Assembly: GCF_006345805.1 (NCBI RefSeq)
Contig: NC_043025.1
Span: 6,138,001-6,202,000 of the forward strand
Length of the DNA: 64,000 bases
Source of the DNA: Octopus sinensis
Lineage: Eukaryota
Direction: 5' to 3'
The translations under genes and the position numbers were made by a program. The notes beneath the pieces were generated by a model. The model was given only the letters and a program-made list of their open reading frames with translations, did not search any database and was not told the DNA's origin. Shown here piece after piece: positions 40,336 to 53,489 of the stretch; positions within the stretch are counted from its first letter, which is position 1; every line of letters starts with the position of its first letter.

Positions 40336-40571
40336 TTCTCTCTTCCTATCTTCTCTCTCTATTCTCTCTCTCTCTCTTCTCTCTTCTCTCTTTCTCTCTC
40401 TTCTATTTCTTTCTCTCTCTTCTGTTCTCTCTCTCTTCTCTCTTCTTCTCTCTCTCTCTCTTCCTTTCTCTCTCTTCTCTTCTCTTCTCTTTCTCTTATC
40501 TCTTTCTTCTCTCCCTCTCTCTCTCTCTCTTCTCTTCTCTCTCTTTCTCTCTCTCTCTTCTCTCTCTCTCT

Positions 40572-40602
<31 letters not shown>

Positions 40603-40616
40603 TCTCCTCTCTCTCT

Positions 40617-40648
<32 letters not shown>

Positions 40649-41451
40649 CTTTCTTTCTTCTCTCTCTTCTCTTTCTCTCTCTCTCTTCTCTCTCCTCTCT
40701 ACTCTCTCTCTCTCTCTCTTATTCTCTCTCTCTTTCTCTCTCTCTCTCTTTCTCCTCTCTCTCTTCTATCTCTCTCTCCTATCTCTCTCCTATCTCTCTC
40801 TCCTATCTCTCTCTCTCTATCTCTCTCTCTCCTATCTCTCTCTCTTCTATCTCTCTCTCTTCTATTCTCCTTTCTATCTCTCTCTTTCTATCTCTCTCTT
40901 CTATCTCTCTCTCTTCTATCTCTCTCTCTTCATCTCTCTCTCTCTATCTCCCTCTCTCTTCATCTCTCTCTCTTCTATCTCTCTCTCTTCTATCTCTCTC
41001 TCTTCTATCTCTCTCTCTTCTATCTTCTCTCTTTATCTCTCTCCTCTTCTATCTCTCTCTATTTCTATTCTCTCTCTCTTCTATCTCTCTCTCTTCTATC
41101 TCTCTCTCTTCTATCTCTCTCTCTTCTATCTCTCTCTCTTCTATCTCTCTCTCTTCTATCTCTCTCTCTTCTATCTCTCTCTCTTCTATCTCTCTCTCTT
41201 CTATCTCTCTCTCTTCTATCTCTCTCTCTTCTATCTCTCTCTCTTCTCTCTCTCTCTCTTCTCTCTCTCTCTCTTCTCTCTCTCTCTCTTCTCTCTCTCT
41301 CTTTTCTTCTTCTCTTCTCTCCTCTCTCTCTTTCTCTCTTCTCTCTCTTTCTCTTCTCTCTCTCTTCTCTCTCTCTCTTTCTCTCTCTCCTCTTCTCTCT
41401 CTCTCTCTTCCTCCTCTCCTCTTCCTCTCTCTCTCTTCTCTCTCTCTCTCT

Positions 41452-41510
<59 letters not shown>

Positions 41511-41805
41511 TCTCTCTCTCCTCTCTTCTCTCTCTCTCTCTTCTCTCTCTCTCTCTTCTATCTCTCTCTCTTCTATCTCTCTCTCTTCTATCTCTCTCTC
41601 TTCTATCTCTCTCTCTTCTCTCTCTCTTCTCTTCTCTCTCTCTTCTCTTCTCTCTCTCTTCTCTTCTCTCTCTTCTCTCTCTCTCTCTTCTCTCTCTCTC
41701 TCTTCTCTCTCTTCTCTCTTTCTCTCTCTTCTCTCTTCTCTCTCTTCTCTCTCTCTCTCTTCTCTCTCTCTCTCTTCTCTCTCTCTCTCTTCTCTCTCTC
41801 CCCCC
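39138..41805 (+). repeat. About 2.7-kb near-pure pyrimidine (CT)n tract with (CT)nTCTAT 14-mers
   Basis: Directly visible; source of the L/S and E/R ORFs of 250-900 aa. Confidence 0.97.
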
Positions 41806-41889
41806 TCCACAAAATTGCTGGCCTTGTGCCAAAATTAGAATTATTATTGGTTTATTTATTTATTTGTTTGCTTTTTTTTTTCGTTTCAG

Positions 41890-42082
41890 AAACACTGTGT
41901 GCAGACCCCAACGCCACCACGGCCTCAAACTCAAAGTCCTGTGCCATTACCTTCGATGCCATCAGCTATGCAAGGGCAACAACTCTACACCCAGTACATT
42001 GTACCCAGTGTTATGTCCATGCCTACTGCCACCCCACAGCAGGCCACCAACCAGAATAACAGGTTCAACGCAGCAAAACGTG
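41890..42082 (+). CDS. ATXN2: Ataxin-2 internal exon just downstream of PAM2 (KHCVQTPTPPRPQTQSPV...NNRFNAAKR)
   Basis: Poly-T tract then TTTCAG acceptor (phase 0) and G|GTAATT donor (phase 1). TPTPPRPQTQSP resembles human ATXN2 TPTSPRPQAQPSP, which follows the PAM2 motif. Confidence 0.8.
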
Positions 42083-42369
42083 GTAATTCCTTCCTTGAAT
42101 TTTGATTATAAAATGTGCAACCCGGTCCATCGATGGTCTGTGTGTAAATGTCATTTCCGCTTCTTGCACAGCATCATTTCGGGCTAAAGAATAACCCTTT
42201 AGTGTTTAAACCGGCCATATCAGGCCAAAATTGCCTTCCTGTTTTATGCTCAAACCAGCCAGCTCTGACCTCTCACACCTACCCTACAAAGTCATTCTAA
42301 AATTAAACAGGGACATCATCAAAATCTCAGAGTTACAAGATGCTGTACAATTAATTTAAAGCAATGTAA

Positions 42370-43800
42370 CAAACACGTAACAAACACCATCCGATCGTGG
42401 CCGTTCGCCAGCCTCGTCTGGCACCTGTGTCGGTGGCACATAAAAAACACCATCCGAGCGTGGCCGTTCGCCAGCCTCATCTGGCACCTGTGTCGGTTGG
42501 CACATAAAAAACACCATCCGAGCATGGCCGTTCGCCAGCCTCGTCTGGCACCGTGTCGGTCGGTGGCACATAAAAAAACACCATCCGAGCGTGGCCGTTC
42601 GCCAGCCTCATCTGGCACCGTGTCTGGGCACATAAAAACACCATCCGAGCGTGGCCATTCGCCAGCCTCGTCTGGCACCTGTGTCGGTTGGCCATAAAAA
42701 ACACCATCCGAGCGTGGCCGTTCGCCAGCCTCGTCTGGCACCTGTGTCGGTTTGGCACATGAAAACCCCTCCGGGCGTGGCGTTCGCCAGCCTCGTCTGG
42801 CACCTGTGTCGTTGCACATAAAAAAAAACCATCCGAGCGTGGCCGTTCGCCAGCCTCGTCTGGCACCTGTGCCGGTGGCACATAAAAAACACATCCGAGC
42901 GTGGCCGTTCGCCAGCCTCGTCTGGCACCTGTGTCGGTGGCACATAAAAAACACCATCCGAGCGTGGCCGTTCGCCAGCCTCATCTGGCACCGTGTCGGT
43001 GGCACATAAAACACCATCCGAGCGTGGGCCGTTCGCCAGCCTCGTCTGGCACCTGTGTCGGTGGTGGCACATAAAAACACCATCCGAGCGTGGCCGTTCG
43101 CCAGCCTCGTCTGGCACCTGTGTCGGTGGCACATAAAAACACATCCGAGCGTGGCCGTTCGCCAGCTCGTCTGGCACCTGTGTCGGTGGTTGGCACATAA
43201 AAAAACACCATCCAAGCGTGGCCGTTCGCCAGCCTCGTCTGGCACCTGTGTCGGTGGCACATAAAAAACACCATCCGAGCGTGGCCGTTCGCCAGCCTCG
43301 TCTGGCACCTGTGTCGGTGGCACATAAAAACACCATCGATCGTGGCCGTTCGCAGCCTCATCTGGCACCTGTGTCGGTGGCACATAAAAACACCATCCGA
43401 GCGTGGCCGTTCGCCAGCCTCGTCTGGCACCTGTGTCGGTGGCACATAAAAAACACCATCCGAGCGTGGCCGTTCGCCAGCCTCGTCTGGCACCTGTGTC
43501 GGTGGCACATAAAAAACACCATCCGATCGTGGCCGTTCGCCAGCCTCGTCTGGCACCTGTGTCGGTGGCACATAAAAAACACCATCCGAGCGTGGCCGTT
43601 CGCCAGCCTCGTCTGGCACCTGTGTCGGTGGCACATAAAATCACCCACTACACTCTCGGAGTGGTTGGCGTTAGGAAGGGCATCCAGCTGTAGAAACACT
43701 GCCAGATCTGACTGGCCTGGTGCAGCCTTCGGGCTCCCCAGACCCCAGTTGAACCGTCCAACCCATGCTAGCATGGAAAGCGGACGTTAAATGATGATGA
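42370..43800 (+). repeat. Family A SINE with an internal 63-bp unit expanded about 20 times
   Basis: Unit GGCACATAAAAAACACCATCCGAGCGTGGCCGTTCGCCAGCCTCGTCTGGCACCTGTGTCGGT followed by the normal family A 3' end. Confidence 0.92.
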
Positions 43801-43987
43801 ATGTAATTAAACAGGCTTTACATTTGACAGAGTAATCTGAATGCTAAAGGGATAAACACAGAAGTTTACATTCTCAGACGAAAGGTTTCATGGCCCTCTG
43901 CCCTCAATGTAGTGGAATCAGAGAGAGAGAGAGAGAGAGAGAGAGAAAACAGAAACCTCTTGCTATTTAACCATTGATCATTTAAAC

Positions 43988-44900
43988 CAGTGGTCCTCAA
44001 CCAGGGTCCATATAAAATTTTTAGGGGTCCACACAAAATAATAAATTGGGGATCCACAATAGTATTTTAAGGGCCCCTGAAAATATTTTGCTTTAGATGT
44101 ATGTGTTGGTATGTATTGCAAGAAACAGCTGGGTTTCTTTCTCTAACATTTTCCATTGTTCAACCTACACAAGTTAATGTGTGAAAAACAAAATAGGAAT
44201 TTTGAAAGAAGTTTCTATAAAACTAGAGTTTAACCCTTTAGAGTTCAGATTATTCTGTCAAATGCGAGACTTATTTATTCACATTATTCTGAATTAGTCA
44301 TGTATTATCTTGTAGTTTAGGGATTTCAGTGATGTGATTTTTTAGTTTTAGAATGACATGGTAGGGCTGAGGTGAGAGGCGAGATCTGGTCAGTTTCAAT
44401 ATAAGACAGGTTAAATATTTTGGCCGGATATGGCCAGTTTGAATGCTAAAGGGTTAAACATTAAATGGTAATCGAAGGGGTCCATAGATAAGAAATAGTT
44501 GAGAACCCCTGCTTTAGATGTATGTATTGGTTATGTATTGCCAGAAACAGCTGGGTTTCTTTCTCTGACATTTTACATTGTTCAACCTACACAAGTTAAT
44601 GTGTGGAAAACGAAATAGGAATTTTCAAAGAAGTTTCTAGGAAACAAGTTTTTAAACATCGAATGGCTATGGCAGTCCACCAGAATAGTAATCAAAGGGG
44701 TCCATAGATAAGGAATAGTTAGAGAACCCCTGCTTTAGATGTGTATATTGGTTATGTATTGCAAGAAACAGCTGGGTTTCTTTCTCTAACATTTTCCATT
44801 GTTCAACCTACACAAGTTAATGTGTGAGAAACAAAATAGGAATTTGGAAAGAAGTTTCTATAAAACATCAAATGGCTATTGAGGTCCACCAGAATAAGAT
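43988..44900. mobile_element. hAT-like MITE remnant present as three partial tandem segments
   Basis: CAGTGGTCCTCAACC start; a block of about 125 bp recurs at about 44095, 44515 and 44735. A related end occurs at 59012-59210. Confidence 0.55.
44234..44453. mobile_element. piggyBac-type MITE
   Basis: TTAA|CCCTTTAG ... CTAAAGGG|TTAA. Sister copy at 49324-49542; partial copies at 17665-17760 and 42195-42330. Confidence 0.75.
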
Positions 44901-45214
44901 AATAAATCAGAGAGCCCCTGATTTAAAGCAACCATATCCAGTCCCCCAATGTTGTTCCTGTTTTATGTTCAGTCTAACGATAAAACACTTATGGCATTTT
45001 AAAATTAAACAATCGCAGCATTGCCATTTCCTGGTTTTGAGATAATGTGAGATACAGTCATTTCTACCTAAACAGAATTGTAAATACTGTGAAATTTTCA
45101 ACAGTTCATGTTTCTCTTTGCGAGAGTTCGACGTTCTGTTTATGATTCTCTGCTTCTTCCCACCTCACCTCATTCTTAGATTACGAAGGGAAACCTTTCC
45201 CTTTCATCGCCGTC

Positions 45215-45990
45215 ATCATTCAATGTCTGCCTTCCATACTGGTATGGGTTGGACAGTTTGACAGGAGCCAGGCAGGTAGAAGTCTACACCATGCTACTGT
45301 GTCTGTTTTGGCATGATTTTTACAGCTGGACGCCCCGCTTAACACCAACCACCCTGTAGTGGACTCAGTGCTTTTTACATGGCAACAGAACAGGCGAGGT
45401 CAGTTTTAGCATGGTTTTTACAGCTGGATGCCCCGCTTAACACCGACCACCCTGTAGAGTGGACTCGGTGCTTTTTACATGGCACCAGAACAGGCGAGGT
45501 CAGTTTTAGCATGGTTTTTACAGCTGGATGCCCCTCTTAACACCGACCACCCTGTAGAGTGGACTCGGTGCTTTTTACATGGCACCAGAACAGGCGAGGT
45601 CAGTTTTAGCATGGTTTTTACAGCTGGATGCCCCTCTTAACACTGATCACCCTGTAGAGTGGACTCGGTGCTTTTTACATGGCACCAGAACAGGCGAGGT
45701 CAGTTTTAGCATGGTTTTTACAGCTGGATGCCCCTCTTAACACCGACCACCCTGTAGAGTGGACTCGGTGCTTTTTACATGGCACCAGAACAGGTGAGGT
45801 CAGTTTTAGCATGGTTTTTACAGCTGGATGTCCCTCTTAACACCGACCACCCTGTAGAGTGGACTCAGTGCTTTTTACATGGCACCAGAACAGGCAAGGT
45901 CAGTTTTAGCATGGTTTTTACAGCTGGATGCCCTTCCAAATGCCAACCACTTCATAGTGTGAACTGGATGCTTTTTTTATGTGGCACTGA
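45215..45990 (-). repeat. Family A-related SINE with six tandem 100-bp units
   Basis: CAGCTGGA recurs at 45323, 45421, 45521, 45621, 45721, 45821 and 45921. Confidence 0.9.
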
Positions 45991-46261
45991 CATGGTCACC
46001 AAGTGACTTTAAAAACAAGGAATTTTGAGAGGGGAGGGGCCATTGGTGCGGGTCATCTTGAGTCATGATGAAAGATTATAGTGATTCAGAGGGACAGAAC
46101 CAGGTGTCTTGCTATAGAGGTGGGGATCTTGTGTCAGATAATGATAGATTATACTATGACAGAGAGGCAGAAGCAGGTAAATGAGTTGTTTTGTATTTCT
46201 GTTGTCTCTTTTTTTGGTTGTAGTCAAGATATTTACTCCGTCTTTTTCTTTTTTTTTTCAG

Positions 46262-46410
46262 CGATCGTGCCTGTTCCTCGGCATGACTATACTGCTCAGG
46301 CTGCCGCCGCCGCTGCCACGGGGCCCCCACTTCTGGCTCAAACCAACATCCCCGCACCGTATTTCCCCTACTACCAAATCCCGCAGCCCACGCACACGCC
46401 GTACACTCAG
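46262..46410 (+). CDS. ATXN2: Ataxin-2 internal exon (AIVPVPRHDYTAQAAAAAATGPPLLAQ...THTPYTQ)
   Basis: Long T tract then CAG acceptor and CAG|GTAGGT donor. Phase 1 joins the previous exon in frame (G+CG = Ala, giving KRAIVP). AAATGPPLLA matches the ataxin-2 motif (human SAAGPPIAA, insect AAATGQPLLA). No stop, so the gene continues. Confidence 0.8.
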
Positions 46411-46883
46411 GTAGGTATACATTTATACGCGTATTTTCTTTTGTTTATGTATGCACGTACTTAATACTTAGGTTTTGGGTGATAAGGCCGAACACAAAAA
46501 GGGTTAAATTTCAGATGAGGAGAAAAAGACCATAATATAAAATGCCATAATGTCGAGAGATAAACACTCTCCAGTTTTGGGGGGGGGGGGGGGGATAATT
46601 AAAAAAAAACAGACTTAAAAATGTGGTTATTTATAGTTTCAGAAAGTTCATTTATGAAATATTTTACTTTTTTCTTTATTTGTCATTTAACTGCAGCCAT
46701 GCTGGGGCACCACCTTGAAGGGTTTTAGTCAAACAAATCCACCCCAGGGCTTTTTTTTTTTTTTTTTTTTTATATGCCTGGTACTTATTCTATCAGTCTC
46801 TTTTGCTGGACCATTAAGTTATAGGGACGTAAACACACCAACACCAGTTGTCACGTGATGATGGGGGACAAACAAACATAAAG

Positions 46884-46889
<6 letters not shown>

Positions 46890-46926
<37 letters not shown>

Positions 46927-47301
46927 GCTGAAGTTGTCTGTGTGTGGCAGGTTTGGTAGCCTTCAACTAACACTATCTCCTCCGAGACCCTGCGTCGCAA
47001 GTTGACCAAAATTGAGAGTATGATAGAAGAAGGCTTGCTCTTTATTCTGTAGAAGAAAAAATTCAAATCGGACCATGTTAATACCAAAAATTATTTACAT
47101 CAAAATGGTGCTTTTTTTCTATGAAAATCCCTATTTTTTATGATTTTTTTTACTGCTGTGTCGCCATTTTTCGGTGTATTTCGACCAGAAAAATGTTCAC
47201 TTAGAGAATAACAAGCTACATAATGCAAAATTTTTACTTTTCAAAAATTCCAATTCTAAAGGGACGAAACAAACCCGAGCAACGCCGGGTGATACTGCTA
47301 G
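46890..47301 (+). mobile_element. Non-autonomous Helitron
   Basis: 3' hairpin ACCCG-AGCAACGC-CGGGT followed by CTAG|T at 47298-47302; (TA)n 5' start; inserted in a family B SINE remnant. Confidence 0.72.
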
Positions 47302-48111
47302 TATATATATCTCAGCCACATGCTGTGAGTAATTACTCAAAGTAGGCAGTCGGTGACATTTATGTAGTAAAACACACAAAAAAATAAGCAAAACAGAGAT
47401 GTGCAACTGAGTTGTAGGCAGATTTACTTCTGCCTTTATAACATGTAAAGAAAACGTTGTTGTAGGAGTGTACACAGCATGTGTACTACAGCAGTTCTAT
47501 GCGTAGTTTTAATACTGAGATTGAAAGGCAGGGGCGAATTATGCTAACCTAATCTACAAAGACAAAGTACTTTGCATTTTATGCATAATAATCGAAGTAA
47601 CCTTCATAATTTTATTGAATTAGGGGCATATTTTGCCATAAAAGGAAAATGTTTCTATCGATCTATTTCATTCAGGGTAGGCACTGCCTACCTTGCCTAC
47701 CCAGGCGGCACGCCACTGACATATATATATCTCTTTACTCTTTTACTTGTTTCAGTCATTTGACTGCGGCCATGCTGGAGCACCGCCTTTTAATCGAGCA
47801 AATCGACCCCGGGACTTATTCTTTTGTAAGCCCAGTACTTATGCTATCGGTCTCTTTTTGCCGAACCGCTAAGTAACGGGGACATAAACACACCAGCATT
47901 GGTTGTCAAGCAATGCTAGGAGGACAAACACAGACGCATATATATATATACATATATACGACGGGCTTCTTTCAGTTTCCGTCTACCAAATCCACTCACA
48001 AGGCTTTGGTCGGCCCGAGGCTATAGTAGAAGACACTTGCCCAAGGTGCTACACAGTGGGACTGAACCCGGAACCATGTGGTTGGTAAACAAGCTACTTA
48101 CCACACAGCCA

Positions 48112-48146
<35 letters not shown>

Positions 48147-48377
48147 ATAACCGGGTGTTGTGAGTGTTTATTGAGTGAAAACACCTAAAGCTCCATGAGG
48201 CTTCGGCAGGGGGTGGTGGCGATCCCTACTGTACTCTTCCACCACAACTTTCTCTCACTTTCGTCTGTTGGCCTGCTCGCTTAGCCAGGGGGGGTGGCGT
48301 CATTCGAAGGCTAAAACAATGCGAAGCGCATTGTGACCAGCGATGTGTAGCAACATCTGATAGCCTGGTCGGTCATG

Positions 48378-48424
<47 letters not shown>

Positions 48425-49323
48425 GAATAGACATACACATACATGAGTGGCTGGACAAACGAAAAAAAGGGCACTCAACACGTGTTGGGAGTTACATATA
48501 TTATTCAAAACGGTTTGATTCAGATTCCATGCTACATGAGTCAGTCTATGTGTTATAACTGGTTTATATTAAAGAGCTCTTCAACCGCCCACTGATCTTA
48601 CGCTTCCTCCTGTTTTGAATCTGACACTGCCTCAATCCGACTATCTCCTTCCAGTCCCCTCCCCGCCTCGTAATTATCCTACGTTTTTATTTCTTACGAA
48701 CCTGCACCAACCCTTCCTGCCATCGTTCCTCCTTACCCCCCCCCCCAACCTTCCCCACCCATTCCAAGTACCCCGGATCCCTGTTGCCCCCGTGCCGCGG
48801 GCACGTTAAAAAGCTCGAACCGATCGTGACCGATGCCGGACCCCCCGGCCCCTGTGCAGGTGGCACGTAAAAAGCACCCACTCCGCTCACGGAGTGGTTG
48901 GCGTTAGGAAGGGCATCCAGCCGTAGAAACTCTGCCAGATCAGACTGGAGCCTGGAGCGGCCCCTGGCTTCCCAGACCCCGGTCGAACCGTCCAACCCGT
49001 GCTAGCGCGGAAAACAGACGTTAAACGATGATGATGATGAATAAGGATATTGTGAGTCAGTCGGTATAGTTTTACTGACTCTGACTCCACAGCCCTGATG
49101 TATAGTCGCCACTGGAAGGGACGCCAGTCTCTCACAGGACAACTCGTTTTTGCCAGCTGAATGGACTGAAGCAATGTGGAACGAAGTGTTCTGCTTGAAA
49201 ACACAGTCTTGCCCGGTCCAGGAATTGAAACCACAATCTTACAATCATGAGTCCAATACTGTAACCAAGATATGTGCCGCCACCATGAACCCAATTTCAG
49301 TCTTTCAAAATTTGGTCCTTTAA

Positions 49324-49542
49324 CCCTTTAGTGTTCAGATTATTCAATCAAACATAATGCCTATTGATTCCCATTGATTTGAATTAATCATGCATTATCT
49401 CATATCTTCAAGATCTTGATGGTGTAATTACCTAATGTAGAATAACATTGTAGGGTAGGTGTGAGAGCCTGGATCTGGTCAGTTTGAACATAAAACAGAT
49501 TAAATATTTTGGCCGGATATGGCCAGTTTAAATACTAAAGGG
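49324..49542. mobile_element. piggyBac-type MITE
   Basis: TTAA flanks and CCCTTTAG/CTAAAGGG termini. Confidence 0.75.
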
Positions 49543-50036
49543 TTAATCATTCAGTATATTTTTGCTTGTATTGAAAGAAATAATGGAAGAATTTAGATGG
49601 GAATTTTCAATAAATAATGAAGTTTACACTCAGTTCTTTGATATTCCTGTAACATTGCTTTAATTTTTAATTTTTTTTTTAAGTAACTGTATTTCTCAAA
49701 TAACTCCCTGTGGCACGTAAAAAGCACCAGCCGATTGTGGCCGTTGCCAGCCTCGTCTGGCACATAAAAAGCACCCACTACACTCACAGAGTGGTTGGCG
49801 TTAGGAAGGGCATCCAGCTGTAGAAACACTGCCAGGTCAGACTGGAGCCTGGTGCAGCCTTCTGGCTTCCTAGACCCCAGATGCACCGTCCAACCAATGC
49901 CAGCATGGAAAGCGGACGCTAAACGATGATGATGATGAATATTTGAAAATTAAGTTTTAATCTTTTGACATTATGGCATTTGATATCTTGAGTTTCCACT
50001 ATTTTAAAGTTTGGCCCTATGATCAGCACCTCTTTA

Positions 50037-50071
<35 letters not shown>

Positions 50072-50359
50072 CATGCACGCACCACACATTTGTTTAAATG
50101 TTATCTCTTTTTGTCACCCCATTTTTGTGTAATTCAGGAGATACATTGCAATATTTCATTAGATCACGTGTGTCTGTGTGAGATTGTGATTGGAAAAGTA
50201 TATCGGATAATGTCACTGATGGGGAAATTCCCAACATATATTTTTTTACCTCTCTGTTTCAAAATTGCACGACTATCAGATTGGTAGCATTCTTTTCAAA
50301 CACTAATTAATAATATTGCGTAGGTGGCATTATTTTCTGGGTTCAAATCCCATTACAGT

Positions 50360-52135
50360 TAATGCCAGTGCCGCTGGACCGACTCCTGTGCCGGTGGCAA
50401 GTAAAAAGCACCATTTGAGCGTGGCCATGCCAGTACCGACCGGCTGGCCCTTGTGCCAGTGGCACATAAAAAGCACCATTTGAGCATGGCTGTTGCCAGT
50501 ACCGACCGGCTGGCCCTTGTGCCAGTGGCACATAAAAAGCACCATTTGAGCATGGCTGTTGCCAGTACCGACCGGCTGGCCCTTGTGCCAGTGGCACATA
50601 AAAAGCACCATTTGAGCGTGGCCATTGCCAGTACCGACCGGCTGGCCCTTGTGCCAGTGGCAAGTAAAAAGCACCATTTGAGCATGGCTGTTGCCAGTAC
50701 CGACCGGCTGGCCCTTGTGCCAGTGGCACATAAAAAGCACCATTTGAGCGTGGCCATTGCCAGTACCGACCGGCTGGCCCTTGTGCCAGTGGCACGTAAA
50801 AAGCACCATTTGAGCATGGCTGTTGCCAGTACCGACCGGCTGGCCCTTGTGCCAGTGGCACGTAAAAAGCACCATTTGAGCATGGCTGTTGCCAGTACCG
50901 ACCGGCTGGCCCTTGTGCCAGTGGCACATAAAAAGCACCATTTGAGCGTGGCCATTGCCAGTACCGACCGGCTGGCCCTTGTGCCAGTGGCACATAAAAA
51001 GCACCATTTGAGCATGGCTGTTGCCAGTACCGACCGGCTGGCCCTTGTGCCAGTGGCACATAAAAAGCACCATTGAGCATGGCTGTTGCCAGTACCGACC
51101 GGCTGGCCCTTGTGCCATGGCACATAAAAAGCACCATTTGAGCGTGGCCGTTGCCAGTACCGACCGGCTGGCCCTTGTGTCAGTGGCACATAAAAAGCAC
51201 CTTGAGCATGGCTGTTGCCAGTACCGACCGGCTGCCCTTGTGCCAGTGGCACGTAAAAAGCACCATTTGAGCGTGGCCATTGCCAGTACCGACCGGCTGG
51301 CCTTGTGCCAGTGGCACGTTAAAAAGCACCATTTGAGCGTGGCCATTGCCAGTACCGACCGGCTGGCCCTTGTGCCAGTGGCACGTAAAAAGCACCATTT
51401 GAGCGTGGCCATTGCCAGTACCGACCGGCTGGCCCTTGTGCCAGTGGCACGTAAAAAGCACCATTGAGCGTGGCCATTGCCAGTACCGACCGGCTGGCCC
51501 TTGTGTCAGTGGCACATAAAAAGCACCATTTGAGCATGGCTGTGCCAGTACCGACCGGCTGGCCCTTGTGCCAGTGGCACGTAAAAAGCACCATTTGAGC
51601 GTGGCCATTGCCAGTACCGACCGGCTGGCCCTTGTGCCAGTGGCACGTAAAAAGCACCATTTGAGCATGGCTGTTGCCAGTACCGACCGGCTGGCCCTTG
51701 TGCCAGTGGCACGTAAAAAGCACCATTTGAGCGTGGCCATTGCCAGTACCGACCGGCTGGCCCTTGTGCCAGTGGCACGTAAAAAGCACCATTTGAGCGT
51801 GGCCATTGCCAGTACCGACCGGCTGGCCCTTGTGTCAGTGGCACATAAAAAGCACCATTTGAGCATGGCTGTTGCCAGTACCGACCGGCTGGCCCTTGTG
51901 CCAGTGGCACGTAAAAAGCACCATTTGAGCGTGGCCGTTGCCAGTACCGTCTGGCTGGCCCTTGTGCCAGTGGCACATAAAAAGCACCCACTACACTCTC
52001 TGAGTGATTGACGTTAGAAAGGGCATCCAGCTGTAGAAACTCTGCCAGATCTGGTGCAGCCATCTGGTTCGCCTGTCATCAGTCAAATCGTCTAACCCAT
52101 GCTAGAATGGAAAGCGGACGTTAAACGATGATGAT
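50360..52135 (+). repeat. Family A SINE with an internal 66-bp unit expanded about 24 times
   Basis: 22-codon periodic ORFs; normal family A tail at the 3' end. Confidence 0.92.
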
Positions 52136-53489
52136 ACCTTTTTTGGAGTTGGGGGGTCAGTAATAATAAAGTACCAGTCAAGTACTGAAGTAAACAGTAT
52201 TGACTTAGCCCCACCCTTCAGAATTGCTGGGTTTTGTATCTGGTGAACTGACAGGCTTGTAAGAGCATCAGAGAAAGAACCTTGTATTTCTTCTGGTTTG
52301 TGTTACATTATTGATTTCAGTTCCCACCAAAGCCAACATTGTCTTTTGGTCGACTTCACCGTTCACCATTGCGGGGCTCAATAAAATCAATACTGATCAA
52401 ATACTGGAGTCGGTATCATCGATGACTCCCTTCCCATTGAAATTGTTCGTGCCACAAATTGGGCCAGAATTAGAATTAATATGAACACGTAAAGTGTGAC
52501 GAGTCACAATTGTGGCTGTCAGGCACAGGTCGACAGGCCACAACCATGACCCAAATAGATGTATTTAATTTATGGGCGTTTGTTGGGGGTTTAATGTCAC
52601 TCAAATGCTCCAGTACCCACCAGAATACAAGAGGACTAATAGTTCAACTAGTGACTTTTCAGTGCCTCTATTATATACTAAGAAGATATTTTAACTATTT
52701 TTTTTTTTGTTTTTTGTGTGCATGGTAGTCTCATTTTCATAAAATGTGCTCAGCAGTCCATGCTATGTGAGTGCAAATCCCAGCACTTCATGGGTTAAAC
52801 CCAGGAAGACATGGGATGAGATGGTGAAGCATGATCATCGAACGGCAAGTACTAGTGACCATGACCTTTGGCGATATGTTGTGCTCGACCACCGAAGTTG
52901 ACTTTGCCTGTCATCCTTTCAAGGTTGATAAATTAAGTACCAGTTGCGTAGTGGGGTCAATCTAATCAACTGGCCCCCTCCCCCAAAATTTCGAGCCTTG
53001 AGTAAGAATATGTTGTGCTTGAGAAAACCCGACAAGCCTTGTTAAATCGGTCATGGCTGATGCTGGTGGCACATAAGTGGCACCCATACCGGTGGCACAT
53101 AAAAAGCACCTTTCGAGCATTGGGCCTCACAGAGACAAAGTGACTGATGCCAGTGGCACTTGAAAAGCTCCTTTTGCGTGTTGGGCCTCACGGAGGCAAT
53201 GACCAAAGCCTTTGGCATTATGTCGTGCTTGAGAAGAAGACCCATCAAGCCAAGTGAAGTCACAGCTATGGCACATAAAGGCACCCATTACACTCTCAGA
53301 TTGGTTGGTGTTAGGAAGGGCAAATCAGACGGGAGTCCGGTGCAGCTTACCAGCCCTGGTCAAACCGTCCAACCTATGCCAGCATGGACAACTGATGATG
53401 AATGCAGAATCTTTAGCTTGTCGGACAAAATGCTTAGCGGCATTTCTTACAGCTTCTGTCATTTGGCCTTTTGGGGGTCAAGAAAATAA

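Noticed and set aside
42063-42064. Alternative donor AG|GTTCAA in the ataxin-2 exon
   Set aside because: Weak consensus and phase 2, incompatible with the next exon; G|GTAATT at 42083 fits.
39084-42187. ORFs of 250-900 aa rich in L/S or E/R
   Set aside because: Translations of the (CT)n tract, which cannot encode stops.
42319-52063. Periodic 21- and 22-aa repeat ORFs up to 441 aa
   Set aside because: In-frame SINE-derived minisatellites open on both strands, with no splice or homology support.
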